A stretch of 62,559 nt of DNA, the filler included, from Globobulimina sp. (Eukaryota), in assembly GCA_003354225.1 (NCBI GenBank). It is 43 parts of 43 records of this genome, joined end to end, with 100 filler letters (N's around TTAATTAATTAA, not from the genome) between each part and the next. Parts side by side here need not be neighbours in the genome. Positions count along the whole stretch, not along the records: positions 51,011 to 52,367 come from PIVH01018034.1; positions 52,468 to 53,823 come from PIVH01018035.1; positions 53,924 to 55,279 come from PIVH01018036.1; positions 55,380 to 56,735 come from PIVH01018037.1; positions 56,836 to 58,191 come from PIVH01018038.1; positions 58,292 to 59,647 come from PIVH01018039.1; positions 59,748 to 61,103 come from PIVH01018040.1; positions 61,204 to 62,559 come from PIVH01018041.1; 35 more parts are not named here. One strand, given 5' to 3'. Shown here in pieces: positions 51,227 to 62,559 of the stretch; the first letter of the stretch is position 1, and each line of letters begins with the position of its first letter. A program made the position numbers and the translations under genes. The notes below the pieces were generated by a model. It saw nothing but the letters and a program-made list of their open reading frames with translations. It did not search any database and had not been told where the DNA came from.

Positions 51227-52598
51227 TTGAGGACTGTGCATTGGATTGAGATTGCATTTGCAATTCACAATCATCCAATGGCTGACTTTGCGGCTCGCTT
51301 TGAGACGAACGACAACATGATTGCATGTTGGACATTACAGAGGTAAAGTTTTTCATGTTAATCATTAAGCTTCATTTCATTTCAACATGAAAAACGCTTT
51401 GATGGGATGCTTTTTGACCTCCACAATGCTAGTTCACACTAATGAAAATTCCAGAATGCCGATCCGCTAAAAATACGCCAACATCATACCTTGGATTGCG
51501 TAAAATGCGATGATTTATGATGTTGACTTTGAGGTTTTTTCGGAATGATGCTACTTAAATGACTAATTAAGTAGCACCAATGGCAAAACCCTCCGGTGAG
51601 AAAATACATAAGATATGTATCTATAACCTGTGAAAAAACAGATTGACCATATTTACACTATTAATGACCTCAAATTATTATATTGTCCGATTGAAAAATG
51701 TGCAGAATCGATTTTTAAACGGTTGGTAAAAAGTGTTTTTGATTTTTCTACTTGCTTTTCTTTAGTAACTTTACTTTTTACAAGACTTGCAGCACAGGCC
51801 ACAAACAATAATCACCTTCGTCACCAACAATCCAATTTCACGACAATCGGAACGATGGCAATACGTTTATCCTCTGCCGAATATACCACATTTGCGAAGA
51901 AGATCAATCAAAATAAGAAACTACAGTAATGTTCCCGATAAGATATACGCATATTTTTTTTTTCGATGTTCCAAGCCTATATTGGCCTATGACTAAAGGA
52001 TTTTAATTTAATTCACGTTACTACTTATCCACAAGAGATCTATTAAATACGTGGGCATAATACACACATATAATAACACATAATTGTCGCATAAATAACT
52101 AAATATTTCAAACAGTCATAGGAGAAAAAAGTAAACACTTTAAAGGACGAAACGGAGAAAAAATACATAATATATGCTTAAGGGTTTAGCCCCTGTCTTG
52201 TTTGTGAAAAACAATATTTATTGTTTACGCTTGCTGCTGGTTTTCCAGACATAAATCTTCTTCTATTTTAATCCTAATAATTATATAATGATAATAGACC
52301 ATTAATGCTCCAATAATCTATGTTCCTTTTGTTATTGTGAAAGAGCTCCATGCTCCATGTGAACCTCNNNNNNNNNNNNNNNNNNNNNNNNNNNNNNNNN
52401 NNNNNNNNNNNTTAATTAATTAANNNNNNNNNNNNNNNNNNNNNNNNNNNNNNNNNNNNNNNNNNNNATAATGAATTGGGAATTAAGCAAATGAATATGA
52501 ATAATTAATGTATGTTTTCAAATGTTTACCATAATTTACTCATGAATGACAAGGAAACCGTAACAGTTACGGAGACACCAACAACAAAAACGAATAAG

Positions 52599-53823
52599 TT
52601 ATATACTTTGTGTTCTCTTGGAAAAATTGCGTAAACTATTTTTCGCAGAGATGTCATTGTTATCAGCGACATTATTATCATCATTTTCGTTTTCTTCATT
52701 TTGTGACTCAGGAACAGGTTTTAATGATTTGTTAATATCATGTTCAGAATTATTCAATGTATTAAACCACGGATGTTTCAGTGCATTGATAGCATTTAAT
52801 CTCTTTTGTGGATCGACACATAATAAGCGAATAATTAAATCTTTGCAATTATTTGATCGCAATTTCCAAATTTCATTTCGCATCGAAAACCGGCCAGATA
52901 TTACTTTACGAATTAGATTTGTTTTATCTTTTTTAATATTTGAGTCGAATGGCAATTTACCTCTGATCATCACATATAAAATGACACCGGCGGACCATAG
53001 ATCCACTTCTTTGCCATAACCATAACCTTTCAACACTTCCGGGGCGACATACGACAAAGTACCACACGGCGATTTTAATAATTCCTTTGGTGTAAAAAAT
53101 GAACTTAAACCAAAATCAATCACCAAAATATCGTCAATTTTATTTTTATTTAAACATAATATATTCTCTGGTTTTAAGTCTCTGTGTACAATTCCTCGTT
53201 TATGCAGATACAATATCACTTTTAATAACTTATATAATACCAATTTTGCTGTTGATTCTGGAAATCTTTTATGTTCCACAATACGATCAAATAAATCACC
53301 ACCTTTTACGTATTGCATTACAATGCAAATATTCTCAATGGTTTCGAAAACGTGTTGAATGGATATAACATTTGGATGGTTTAATAACCGCAACACTGCG
53401 ATTTCTGTCCTTAATGCTTTATTTTCTCTGGGACTCAATGACCGTCTTTGGATTATTTTAACTGCATATTGATTGTTTGAATTATTTTTTTTATCGGTGG
53501 CTCGATAAACTGTTGAAAATTTACCACAGCCCAATTTCTCATGAATATTAAAGAAATCATCGATAACAAAAGCGTCCGCACTTTGCTTCAATGCGGAAAT
53601 CCATTGATATTGTTCCCGTTTACTGGCAGCATATAATATCTTTTTTTGATGCCTGATGGTATTAATTCCAATCACCAATTCAATGCCATATCCATTCTCC
53701 TTATACTTCTCTTTATTTTTGTCATAAGCTTTTATCTGACAGCCTTGCAACAATATGACATGTCGTGGTTTCGTATCCGTTGCACTCTTAAACACGTATA
53801 AAAAATTCGAGTGTAACAAATCC
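52599..53823 (-). CDS. PH domain + CAMK-group Ser/Thr kinase, 3' part
   Basis: PH (QWISALK), GCGKFS, AVK, HRDLKPEN, DFG, APE. Confidence 0.95.
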
Positions 53824-54069
53824 NNNNNNNNNNNNNNNNNNNNNNNNNNNNNNNNNNNNNNNNNNNNTTAATTAATTAANNNNNNNNNNNNNNNNNNNNN
53901 NNNNNNNNNNNNNNNNNNNNNNNATTTATACGATACTGTTTTTGGCTTTAGTTTGCTGTTTTTTTTAGTAGCGTTTCGCCGCCAAAGTGTTTCAGTAAAA
54001 ATGGGTTGATGGTATACAGTGTTTTTGTATTGCAACCCACCAATTGATGCACAACTTGATTACTGAAAC

Positions 54070-55279
54070 ATGGCTTGTTGTGCTGAATCCCCTCTTGTGG
54101 TCGGGTTGATGTCTGGTACCTCTGCAGATGGTGCAGATGCAGCATTAATTAAAACAGACGGCTACCTTATTCAAGAACGCATTGCTTTTGTAACTTATCC
54201 ATATTCCAGTGAGTTTCGGAAAAAAGTCAAATCTATATTTGGAAGCATTGATTACAACGATTTGGTAAAAGAAGTTGAATATGAATTAACAGTGTATCAT
54301 CACAAAGCCATTTTATATTTATGTAAGAAGAACAAAATAGATATTAATCGTATTAAATTAATTGCATTTCCTGGACAAACAATATATCACAAATCATTAT
54401 TAACAAATGATGCAGAAAAACACACAGAAATCAAATCAAATTCATCCGAGTCGGAGCTGGAGTCCTCACCAATTGTAAAAGGAAAAAATTGTGAAACCTG
54501 GCAAATTGGTGATGCTGTATTACTGTTTCAAAAGTTTGATGCTAGAATACCTGTAATATATAATTTGAGATACAATGATGTTTTGCACGGAGGTCAAGGT
54601 GCCCCACTCGCGCAAATGTACCATGCTGCAATGGCACTCACCACGTTTATAAATGACAATACATTTGAATTTCCTGTATGTTTTATTAATATTGGAGGCA
54701 TATCGAATGTTACTTTTGTTGATATCAAACAGGATATAATAACATTGACTGATATCCGCAACGACATTGAAAACAAGAAAAATTATAAAATGCAAGCTGT
54801 TAAACTATTATATGACAATTTGATATTGAAAGCATTCGACGTTGGACCAGGAAATTGTATGTTGGATGATTGGATTGAATATGCCACCAATAATCAGAGT
54901 GTATATGATAAGGATGGAATGTATTCAATGAATGGAAGTGTCGAAAGCAAAGATGTTGAATATTTTGTGAAGCAGTTTATGTGTCATTCATTTTTTAATT
55001 TAAAGCCGCCGAAGTCATTGGATAGAAATGATTTGCATCATCATTTATGGACATTGTTAGGCATTGATCGGAAACAAAAGCAATATATTCCATTTGCGAA
55101 GATATGTAATATTGCACAAATAATTGCCAATTGTACGGGTTATTCGATCGTTGATCAAATTAGAAAGTATTGCTGCAATGATGGAAAGGAACGTATTCCA
55201 AACAATTGGTATTGTTGCGGTGGTGGAAGGAAAAACATTTACATTATGAAATGTATTGATAAATATTGTAATGTTTTTG
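54070..55279 (+). CDS. anmK: Anhydro-N-acetylmuramic acid kinase / levoglucosan kinase family (3' partial)
   Basis: GLMSGTSADG, GQT, R..D..GGQGAPL, NIGGISN, FDVGPGN..D, PPKSLDR, CGGG..N. Confidence 0.9.
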
Positions 55280-55379
55280 NNNNNNNNNNNNNNNNNNNNN
55301 NNNNNNNNNNNNNNNNNNNNNNNTTAATTAATTAANNNNNNNNNNNNNNNNNNNNNNNNNNNNNNNNNNNNNNNNNNNN

Positions 55380-56252
55380 CTATTACAGCAACAACTGCAC
55401 CACTTGTTCAATGGGCTACTTGGATCAAACTGTTTTGTTTGTTAATATGATTTTGAATTCTCCAGGAATGTACCTTTTGGAAATATATTTGCTCCATGGA
55501 TTGGAATAGCTATATATTTATCGGTAATATTTACACTATCAATATTTATGAAAGCCTCAGCAGAACCATTCAAATTATTACACTTTTCTAGAATTCATAA
55601 TTTAGTTTTATGCGTTTGGTCTGCAATAATGTTCATTGGAGCTTTATATAATTTAGGATATCATGCAATTATTAAAAATCGGACTATGTTATATTTAATT
55701 ACTGATCCTGACCAACAAGTTTATGAATCATTGCAATTTTGGTTTTATATTTATTACTTATCAAAATATTATGAAATGATTGATACTTTTATATTAATCT
55801 TAAAGAAGAAGAAGTTGATAGTATTACATGTGTGGCATCACGCAGTTATGATGTATTTAGGATGGCTGTGGATAGATAGCAAATGGACATTAGTATGGTA
55901 TGGGATGACCTTCAATGCTTTTGTTCATGTATTGATGTATTATTATTATTTTGTCTCAACGTTTGGTGTTCGTGTATGGTGGAAACGACATTTAACAAAA
56001 TTGCAATTGTTGCAATTTTTTACTGTATTTGGATTCATATTTTATTGGTTCTCACAATGCCTTGCCATAGAAAATAATGATTGGATGAATTATGATTATC
56101 TATTTGGCGATATTTATTGTTCAGGAAATTATACAAAACCATGGGTTATTGTAATATCTCAAGGTGTTAATATAACTTTTTTGGCGTTGTTTGGTAACTT
56201 TTATTATCATTCTTATCGCAAGCCGCGTAAAATGAAAAAGAAACAAAAATGA
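55380..56252 (+). CDS. Fatty acid elongase (ELO/GNS1-SUR4), 5' partial, one intron
   Basis: SKYYEMIDT, LHVWHH, NAFVHVLMYYYY, TKLQLLQF, dilysine tail. Confidence 0.95.
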
Positions 56253-56844
56253 CGACTGATTTACTTTCATTATATAGTTTCATAAACGACCTCGTTGTAA
56301 ATTAACTAAATTTTAAATAATAAAAAATAAATAGTATAAATAATTTTTATATACAATATAGAAAGCTAACAACAACAAAAATACACTCTTGTTTTAGCAT
56401 CAACTACGATTTGTAATATGGATTAATAATTTTCAATGCGATTGGATTTATTTATTCCGAGCAGTTGAGCTGAGTGAATTGCTTTATTTACATAGTTCTA
56501 TGATTAGCCATACACAATTAACACATAATTACTATATTGCCAACGTGTTAATTATGCACAATTAAACAAGAACTGACTCAGCATTTTGATTTATATTTTC
56601 GTTGTTGTCTTTGATATCAATATTCCAATTTTTACAAAATACGACATCACATCACATCATTTTTTGTAAAAAAGAAATAGATAAAGCGGCCAGCACCCAA
56701 ATACAAAAAGTAAACAAAAAAACAACACAAAACGANNNNNNNNNNNNNNNNNNNNNNNNNNNNNNNNNNNNNNNNNNNNTTAATTAATTAANNNNNNNNN
56801 NNNNNNNNNNNNNNNNNNNNNNNNNNNNNNNNNNNTTTTGCTAG

Positions 56845-58018
56845 GTCATCTGTTGCTTTCAGAGGTTGTCACACCCAAGAATGGCTCAGAGCGAGACTGT
56901 TGTTATTCGTGTGTCTTTTATTGGTGGTTTTGGTGTTTATTATGGTTGGTTGCTTTAGGCGGCATTGCCGTGCCCGTATTAGCCTATTTTGAAATGTTTG
57001 GCAGCGACCAATGTACAACGAAAATAACTACAAACACCATTGCGCTGAATACGGACACTGCGACTCAGGGCAGCCTCAATATTTTGTTTGTGGTGAACTG
57101 CGACGCCAATGACTGGGACAAGCAATTCCTAGCTGCAAATACATTGTTACAGTCCCTTACATCGCTCACTGTCAACTACGAGATTATGCAGTATTGCAAT
57201 ATTGGTAGCAATGGCATGTATTTTGGGAACGAAAGCCTTGGCTTTGAACAGTATACAGCCAACACAGAGATCACTGCTTCCAACACGGGCATCAGTTACG
57301 TTTTTATGTTGCACTTTATGCGCAATTTCGCAATGAATAATGTACAGTGCAAGAAACACCAATGGATGGGAGTAATAATTATATAGCGGGCGCACTGGAT
57401 GCCTGCAGGGATAGCTATGGCGATATAGATGGCAGCGATAGCACGCCCTTCTTGTGTGTGGCTTACGTGTCGTTTGAGTTTATGGACGCTTTCGATGCCA
57501 TGACAGTGAGCTCAGACACTAGCTTCGGCAAAATATATCTCACATTCATGGTGGATGAGACGGATACGGATTACACTGACGGTTTGTACCCCGTATTGGG
57601 CTCATTTGCCACGGCCACACAGTGTATAAACGAGGTTGAGAATGATTATTCGTATGGCAATACATGGTGGGATAAGAAGTTTAACTGCGACTCCCATACT
57701 AATCAACATCAATATTGCCCGCATTGCATCAATTACGGAGTGGCCGATGAGTTGGAATGTGCGTCGATAGAGTTACAGTCTGTGTTTGCAGGCCAAGGCG
57801 TGACCGAAACCAAAGTAGAAACAGACGGAGATGAGCAAGTATGCACACATCAATATGAGCAGATCTTCTTTTATTGTCTCGGGGGAGTGGTTCCGTTGTT
57901 GGTATGGGTGCTTATCGTCATTTGTGTCCTGTGTTGCCGGGCCTGTCGGAATAGAAATAGGTCGAAGATGGAGGAACAACATCAGATTAATGATAACAAA
58001 CAAACCGCATTTGTATAG
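56845..58018 (+). CDS. Membrane protein with two TM segments around a Cys-rich ectodomain; intron about 57295-57347
   Basis: Two ORFs joined by GT-AG intron. Confidence 0.55.
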
Positions 58019-58291
58019 AACATGGATGCATTTACACATAGCATATATACACATACACACACACTCTCATACATATTTGCAAAATCAGTCGATCTTTTTG
58101 TTTGTATAAATCTTAAATATTTTTTTGTTTGCTTTTGTTTTTTGAATAGTTTAGTTGTTTCTTCTTTTTTTTTTGTTTTTTGTTTTTAAGCNNNNNNNNN
58201 NNNNNNNNNNNNNNNNNNNNNNNNNNNNNNNNNNNTTAATTAATTAANNNNNNNNNNNNNNNNNNNNNNNNNNNNNNNNNNNNNNNNNNNN

Positions 58292-59385
58292 ATGCCTTAA
58301 ATAATCGTTCTGTAGCATGCGCACGTTTGTTGGAGTATAATGATTGTTTAAACTTGGCATTTGATGACAACAGAGTACCAAGTAATGCACGCCCGCTCTC
58401 TACAAATGCATCAAATACATACGGTTTGTTCAATAATGAAAATGTTGCATTGAATGTACTAAATTGTTTGGAGTATGATGACTGGTTAAATTTAGGATTA
58501 TGCGGACATGCAATGAAACATGTATTTGATGACAAAGTCAATGAATTATTTGGTATTATGTTTGATTTATTGTTGGATAATGTGCCGTGTTATGATTATT
58601 TGAGATTGGAATATACGTTAAATAATATGCCGTCATGCACCTTTAAACAGATCAAAGTAAATGTATCTTCAATAAACGTATGCCTTTTACAACAATTTAG
58701 ATTTATTCGCGGAATTGATACAAACACAAATCTGCCATTTTTAGCATTTGCTATAACCACAGATATAAAATATACCAAACAGCATCCACGGACAGCACAC
58801 ATTATTGCTATTTTCAATGAGTCTGCACTTCATTCAGTATTTGTAATTGACGTTGTAAACAATGTAACTTATGTAAGTAATGTCGATATTGATGAAGGAT
58901 TTGATATAAAAACAATCATTTCGTTGTTAATCAATGGTAAAACATACAATATGTTCGATAAAAAGAATTCAATTTGGATGCATTTATCAGATGAAACAAG
59001 GAATACTTTTTATAAATTCCATTGGATCAGGAAAAGATTTGCTTGTTTTGCATCAATTTGCTTCATTGCAGTTGCTTCATTTGTATTGGTTTATGTGCAT
59101 TCATCAGAAGTTGGGTCGGCATCTGTATGCGCTGAGATGTTGTGTGCTATGTTCCATTTTGTCTATGCTGCCTGTATGTTAGCGGGGGACAATACCTCGC
59201 CATTAAATCGCGTTGGAGCCTTTTTTGTTGCCTCAGTTTCCAGTGTTGGCCTCATGGTTTCAACTGTTTTACTGCAGTTCGAGGTTTCAGAACATGAAAT
59301 TTATGAAACAGCACAAAACACATGCTTGTTGATTCAAATTGCTTTGTTTTTTTGTTCTATAATTTTAAGATGTGGGACATATTAA
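58292..59385 (+). CDS. Hypothetical protein with duplicated F-box-like motif and C-terminal TMs
   Basis: LEYNDCLNL / LEYDDWLNL repeat; four hydrophobic segments. Confidence 0.5.
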
Positions 59386-59524
59386 ATCATTGGTATTGCA
59401 TAAATGGTATGAAGCAAAGGGTTAAGAAATCATTGCAAAAATGATAACAATGATTTCATTAGAGTTTTCCTATTTAACCTTGAGTTTGCTCATGATCAAC
59501 TTTTCTTAACGATTTGTGAATTTA

Positions 59525-59647
59525 TAGTGAAAAAACCTTAAGTAAATGTTCGTCTCATGTTCTCGTCTTGATTACAAACTGCAAATAATGATAGTAGGTA
59601 TTATAAATATAAGGATTAGACGAACATTTACTTAAGCTTTTTCACTA
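59525..59647. mobile_element. MITE-like element with ~30-bp terminal inverted repeats
   Basis: TAGTGAAAAAACCTTAAGTAAATGTTCGTCT (59525-59555) vs reverse complement of 59618-59647; one mismatch and one indel. Confidence 0.65.
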
Positions 59648-60110
59648 NNNNNNNNNNNNNNNNNNNNNNNNNNNNNNNNNNNNNNNNNNNNTTAATTAAT
59701 TAANNNNNNNNNNNNNNNNNNNNNNNNNNNNNNNNNNNNNNNNNNNNAGAATGAAGCTACAGTTTTTTTTTTGTTGCATGCATGCCGGTCATTCATCAAA
59801 AATATAAAAAGAAAATCACCAATCAATATAATATTAGAGTTTTTTTAGTATCAGATTGTAATCCGATTATATATGACAGAGTTGTATTTTCAGAAACCTT
59901 TTAAACAATATGATAAATAAATATATTAATCACAGCAAAACTGAATTCATTTAAACTAATTTAAACGAATTCAATTAAAAGAAATGGTATGACACACGCA
60001 TACGACGCAAAATTGAAAAAAAAAGATAAAATAAACCAGGAACACGCCACACATTTTATTTTAACAAAACACAGCTAGTGTTTAATAGAAAAGAAATAGA
60101 ACTTTTACAT

Positions 60111-61103
60111 TTAGTCCGCTCTTGTCACATTGCCATAATATGGAGAATAAGCCATAAATGAAAACAAAGCGGCGGATGTAAAGCCAGCCACAACCAAAGT
60201 TAACACCCATCCAAATAATACCTGCATTAATAATTTCCTGTATACAACAAACAAACCGAACACATTCATTACAAAAACAACACAAACAACAAATATATAT
60301 ATGTATATCCTACCAATTGACAACTTGTCCAATTCTTAATTTCGAATCGGGTCTATTCAACTCCATCAATCCAATACCAACCGTAGCACCCACTAAAATA
60401 TACAAAAATTAACACATACATTCAATTTCCATTACAAATCGCATGCAAAAACAGCAAACCACAAACCTTGAGCATGCGTAGTCGACGTCGGAAAGCCATA
60501 AACCGACGCCATTATAACCACCAAAGACGATGACAATTCGATCGAGTACCCTCTGGAACACGTCATGGGCGCCATGCGGACCCCCAAACATCGCATCACT
60601 TTGTAACCATAAGTGCTTAAACCGACCACCATGCCAACTGCGCCAATAACTAATACCCACTCCGGCACAGACACTTCTTTCTGTGCTTCGCCAGTCATAT
60701 ATAAGCCAATCATCGCTGGAGTGGACAGTAGAAAAACAGCACTAAAATAATTTTAACACTAAAATAATTAATGTGAAGAATACCTGCAAACGGAGCAACA
60801 GCATTCGCCACATCATTCGAACCATGCGCAAATATGCCAAGTGAGGCAGTACACACTTGCAGCCATGCAAAAGCTTTATCCGTTTTCACATCAAACTTCT
60901 CCGCATTGTCTCGAATAGCCGTTTCCAACTCACCTAAGTCATCATGAATATCCACATTCACTCCATACGCTGCCCTTTTTAGCAGCAATTGTCTCTTTGA
61001 TAGGCCACCACTGCCCACTTCCACTTTTTTGCCAGCAATCTTGGCGTCCGCTGCCGCAGTGGCCCCAGCTGACGTAGTTACTGCCACTTCCACTGCCACC
61101 ATC
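60111..61103 (-). CDS. PiT/PHO4 inorganic phosphate transporter, 3' part, several introns
   Basis: [41 protein letters not shown]. Confidence 0.92.
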
Positions 61104-61205
61104 NNNNNNNNNNNNNNNNNNNNNNNNNNNNNNNNNNNNNNNNNNNNTTAATTAATTAANNNNNNNNNNNNNNNNNNNNNNNNNNNNNNNNNNNNNNNNN
61201 NNNAT

Positions 61206-61457
61206 GTTTTTCAAAATGAACAAATTGATGGTAAATTATTATCAACGCTAAATTACGAGGATTTATTTGGATCAATAAATAATACCAGTTATTCAATAAA
61301 AATTAAAAGAATATTGAGTGAATGGAGAGATTTAACCCAATGTAAAGAATGTATGCAATGTCATGTCTCAAAAGCACAGAGTGATGGATATTGTGATAGC
61401 AATGGTGTCTGGTATTGTGTGGCTTGTTGGGAGGTATGGAATCAACAAAAACAATGA
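61206..61457 (+). CDS. 3' end of SAM-like + CxxC..WYCxxCW zinc-ribbon protein
   Basis: FQNEQIDGKLLSTLNYEDL..CMQC..GVWYCVACWEVW*. Confidence 0.55.
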   Translation, partial: VFQNEQIDGKLLSTLNYEDLFGSINNTSYSIKIKRILSEWRDLTQCKECMQCHVSKAQSDGYCDSNGVWYCVACWEVWNQQKQ

Positions 61458-61946
61458 TGGAAGTGGTTTTGGGTGCAATTCTAAGTTTTTGTGTTGCTAA
61501 ATTATTATTTTTTTTAATTGAATTCACTTTTTTTGGTCAAGGAAATGCCGTGGTCAGCATATAGTAATATGACATATAGATTTTTCTAATAAAATAGCTT
61601 CCCAAATTTCATGTTATTTGCCAGCTTCCAAAACTACTGAGATAAATTGATAAAATACTAATATATTTGGGCTTTAATTGTCGTTGATGTTGTATTTGGA
61701 ACAATGTACAAAAATCGTACATTTGCTTTCACCATTTTTATCCGTGGCTGATCGAAGGACCTGTTATAAAATCAACAAGTTGATAAAGCAGACATGTTTA
61801 AAAAGATTTTCGAGATTTTCCATCCAAAATCATTTCCCAACACTACCGAAACCATGCTATCGTCATGCAACTCATGCATCGTTTAAGAACATACCCCACA
61901 TGGTCAAGATATAGACAGTTAAGAGGCGTATATTTCTGTGTTAAAA

Positions 61947-62127
61947 CTAGTGGGTAGCTCTGTGGTGCTACCTCTGAGTCTGATTAGTTCATATCAATAA
62001 TACCGCGGGTGTGCATTCATATAAATGCATGGTGGATGACATACCACTTTTAAAGTAGCGATGCTTCGGCAAGGACTAATCCGTTGCAATTTTAGATTCT
62101 ACAAATAAAAAATTTGTTGGCCGCTAG
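61947..62127 (+). ncRNA. Candidate structured non-coding RNA
   Basis: Closing stem plus 6-7 internal hairpins including C(UUCG)G tetraloop; no ORF. Confidence 0.4.
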
Positions 62128-62559
62128 CATGGCTGATACAATAAATATTAATCTTTCTTAGCACTAATATATAATATTACATTATATACAGATCGATACA
62201 AAATAATGAAAAGAAACGGTCGAGATCGGGTATCCTCGCACTGTGTATCCTTGCACAGTTAAGAAGTCTCTCTGCGTGAATCTATATATTTATGTGTTAA
62301 GCAGCGGGTAGCTCTGTTGGTTTTATTTATGAATTATCGATATGCACAAACTAATATTAATTTTAATTTAATTTAATATATTATTTGTTCAACCAAACAA
62401 ATACGTAAATACCCAAAATAATATCTACATTTCAGGAATACGGGTTGGGTGGGTGGGAAAGAAAAAAGTTTCAACAAACAGTAATCACTCCACACTCAAA
62501 AACTATTTTCAACACAATTACAGAAACACTTTACATTATCTCAATTCAATGAAACATTC

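Noticed and set aside
1359-61203. Regularly spaced TTAATTAATTAA repeats resembling an array
   Set aside because: Artificial linkers inside N runs; ORFs ending in X..LIN are artefacts
61900-62140. Group I intron core, hammerhead or SRP RNA
   Set aside because: No P7 elements, no CUGANGA/GAAA core, no SRP helix-8 motif
62225-62290. HDV-like ribozyme suggested by TCCTCGC
   Set aside because: P1/P3 pairings cannot be built; the sequence belongs to the TATCCTYGCAC motif
1-62559. Gene neighbourhoods or operons across the window
   Set aside because: Contigs are ordered by length, not by genomic position

Overview
This is not a contiguous locus. It is a concatenation of 43 unrelated short contigs sorted by length (1358, 1357, 1356 bp), each joined by an artificial 100-nt spacer (N44-TTAATTAATTAA-N44), so adjacency across spacers means nothing. 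The DNA is AT-rich and eukaryotic, with short (about 50-140 bp) GT-AG introns. Gene content (EFL-type elongation factor, expanded ART-like, PT-repeat and Gly-rich families, H+-PPase, a flagellar CFAP92-like gene) suggests a rhizarian protist, probably a foraminiferan (inference). At least one bacterial-eukaryote chimeric junction points to whole-genome-amplified material. Most contigs hold partial protein genes. The most unusual signals are non-coding: (1) three copies of a tRNA-like element with a mini D-loop, a covarying T-stem and a palindromic hairpin in place of the anticodon loop; (2) an 11-bp motif TATCCTYGCAC found 9 times, always outside coding sequence; (3) a ~180-nt multi-hairpin candidate ncRNA; (4) a contig with a 119-bp terminal repeat (circle or tandem unit); (5) very compact head-to-head gene pairs. 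Notable proteins are a transmembrane caspase-like receptor, an ADP-ribosyltransferase-like family, BEL/Pao gag, and bacterial-type AnmK, DUF4186 and DUF3825. All family calls come from recognising motifs by eye; no database searches were run.
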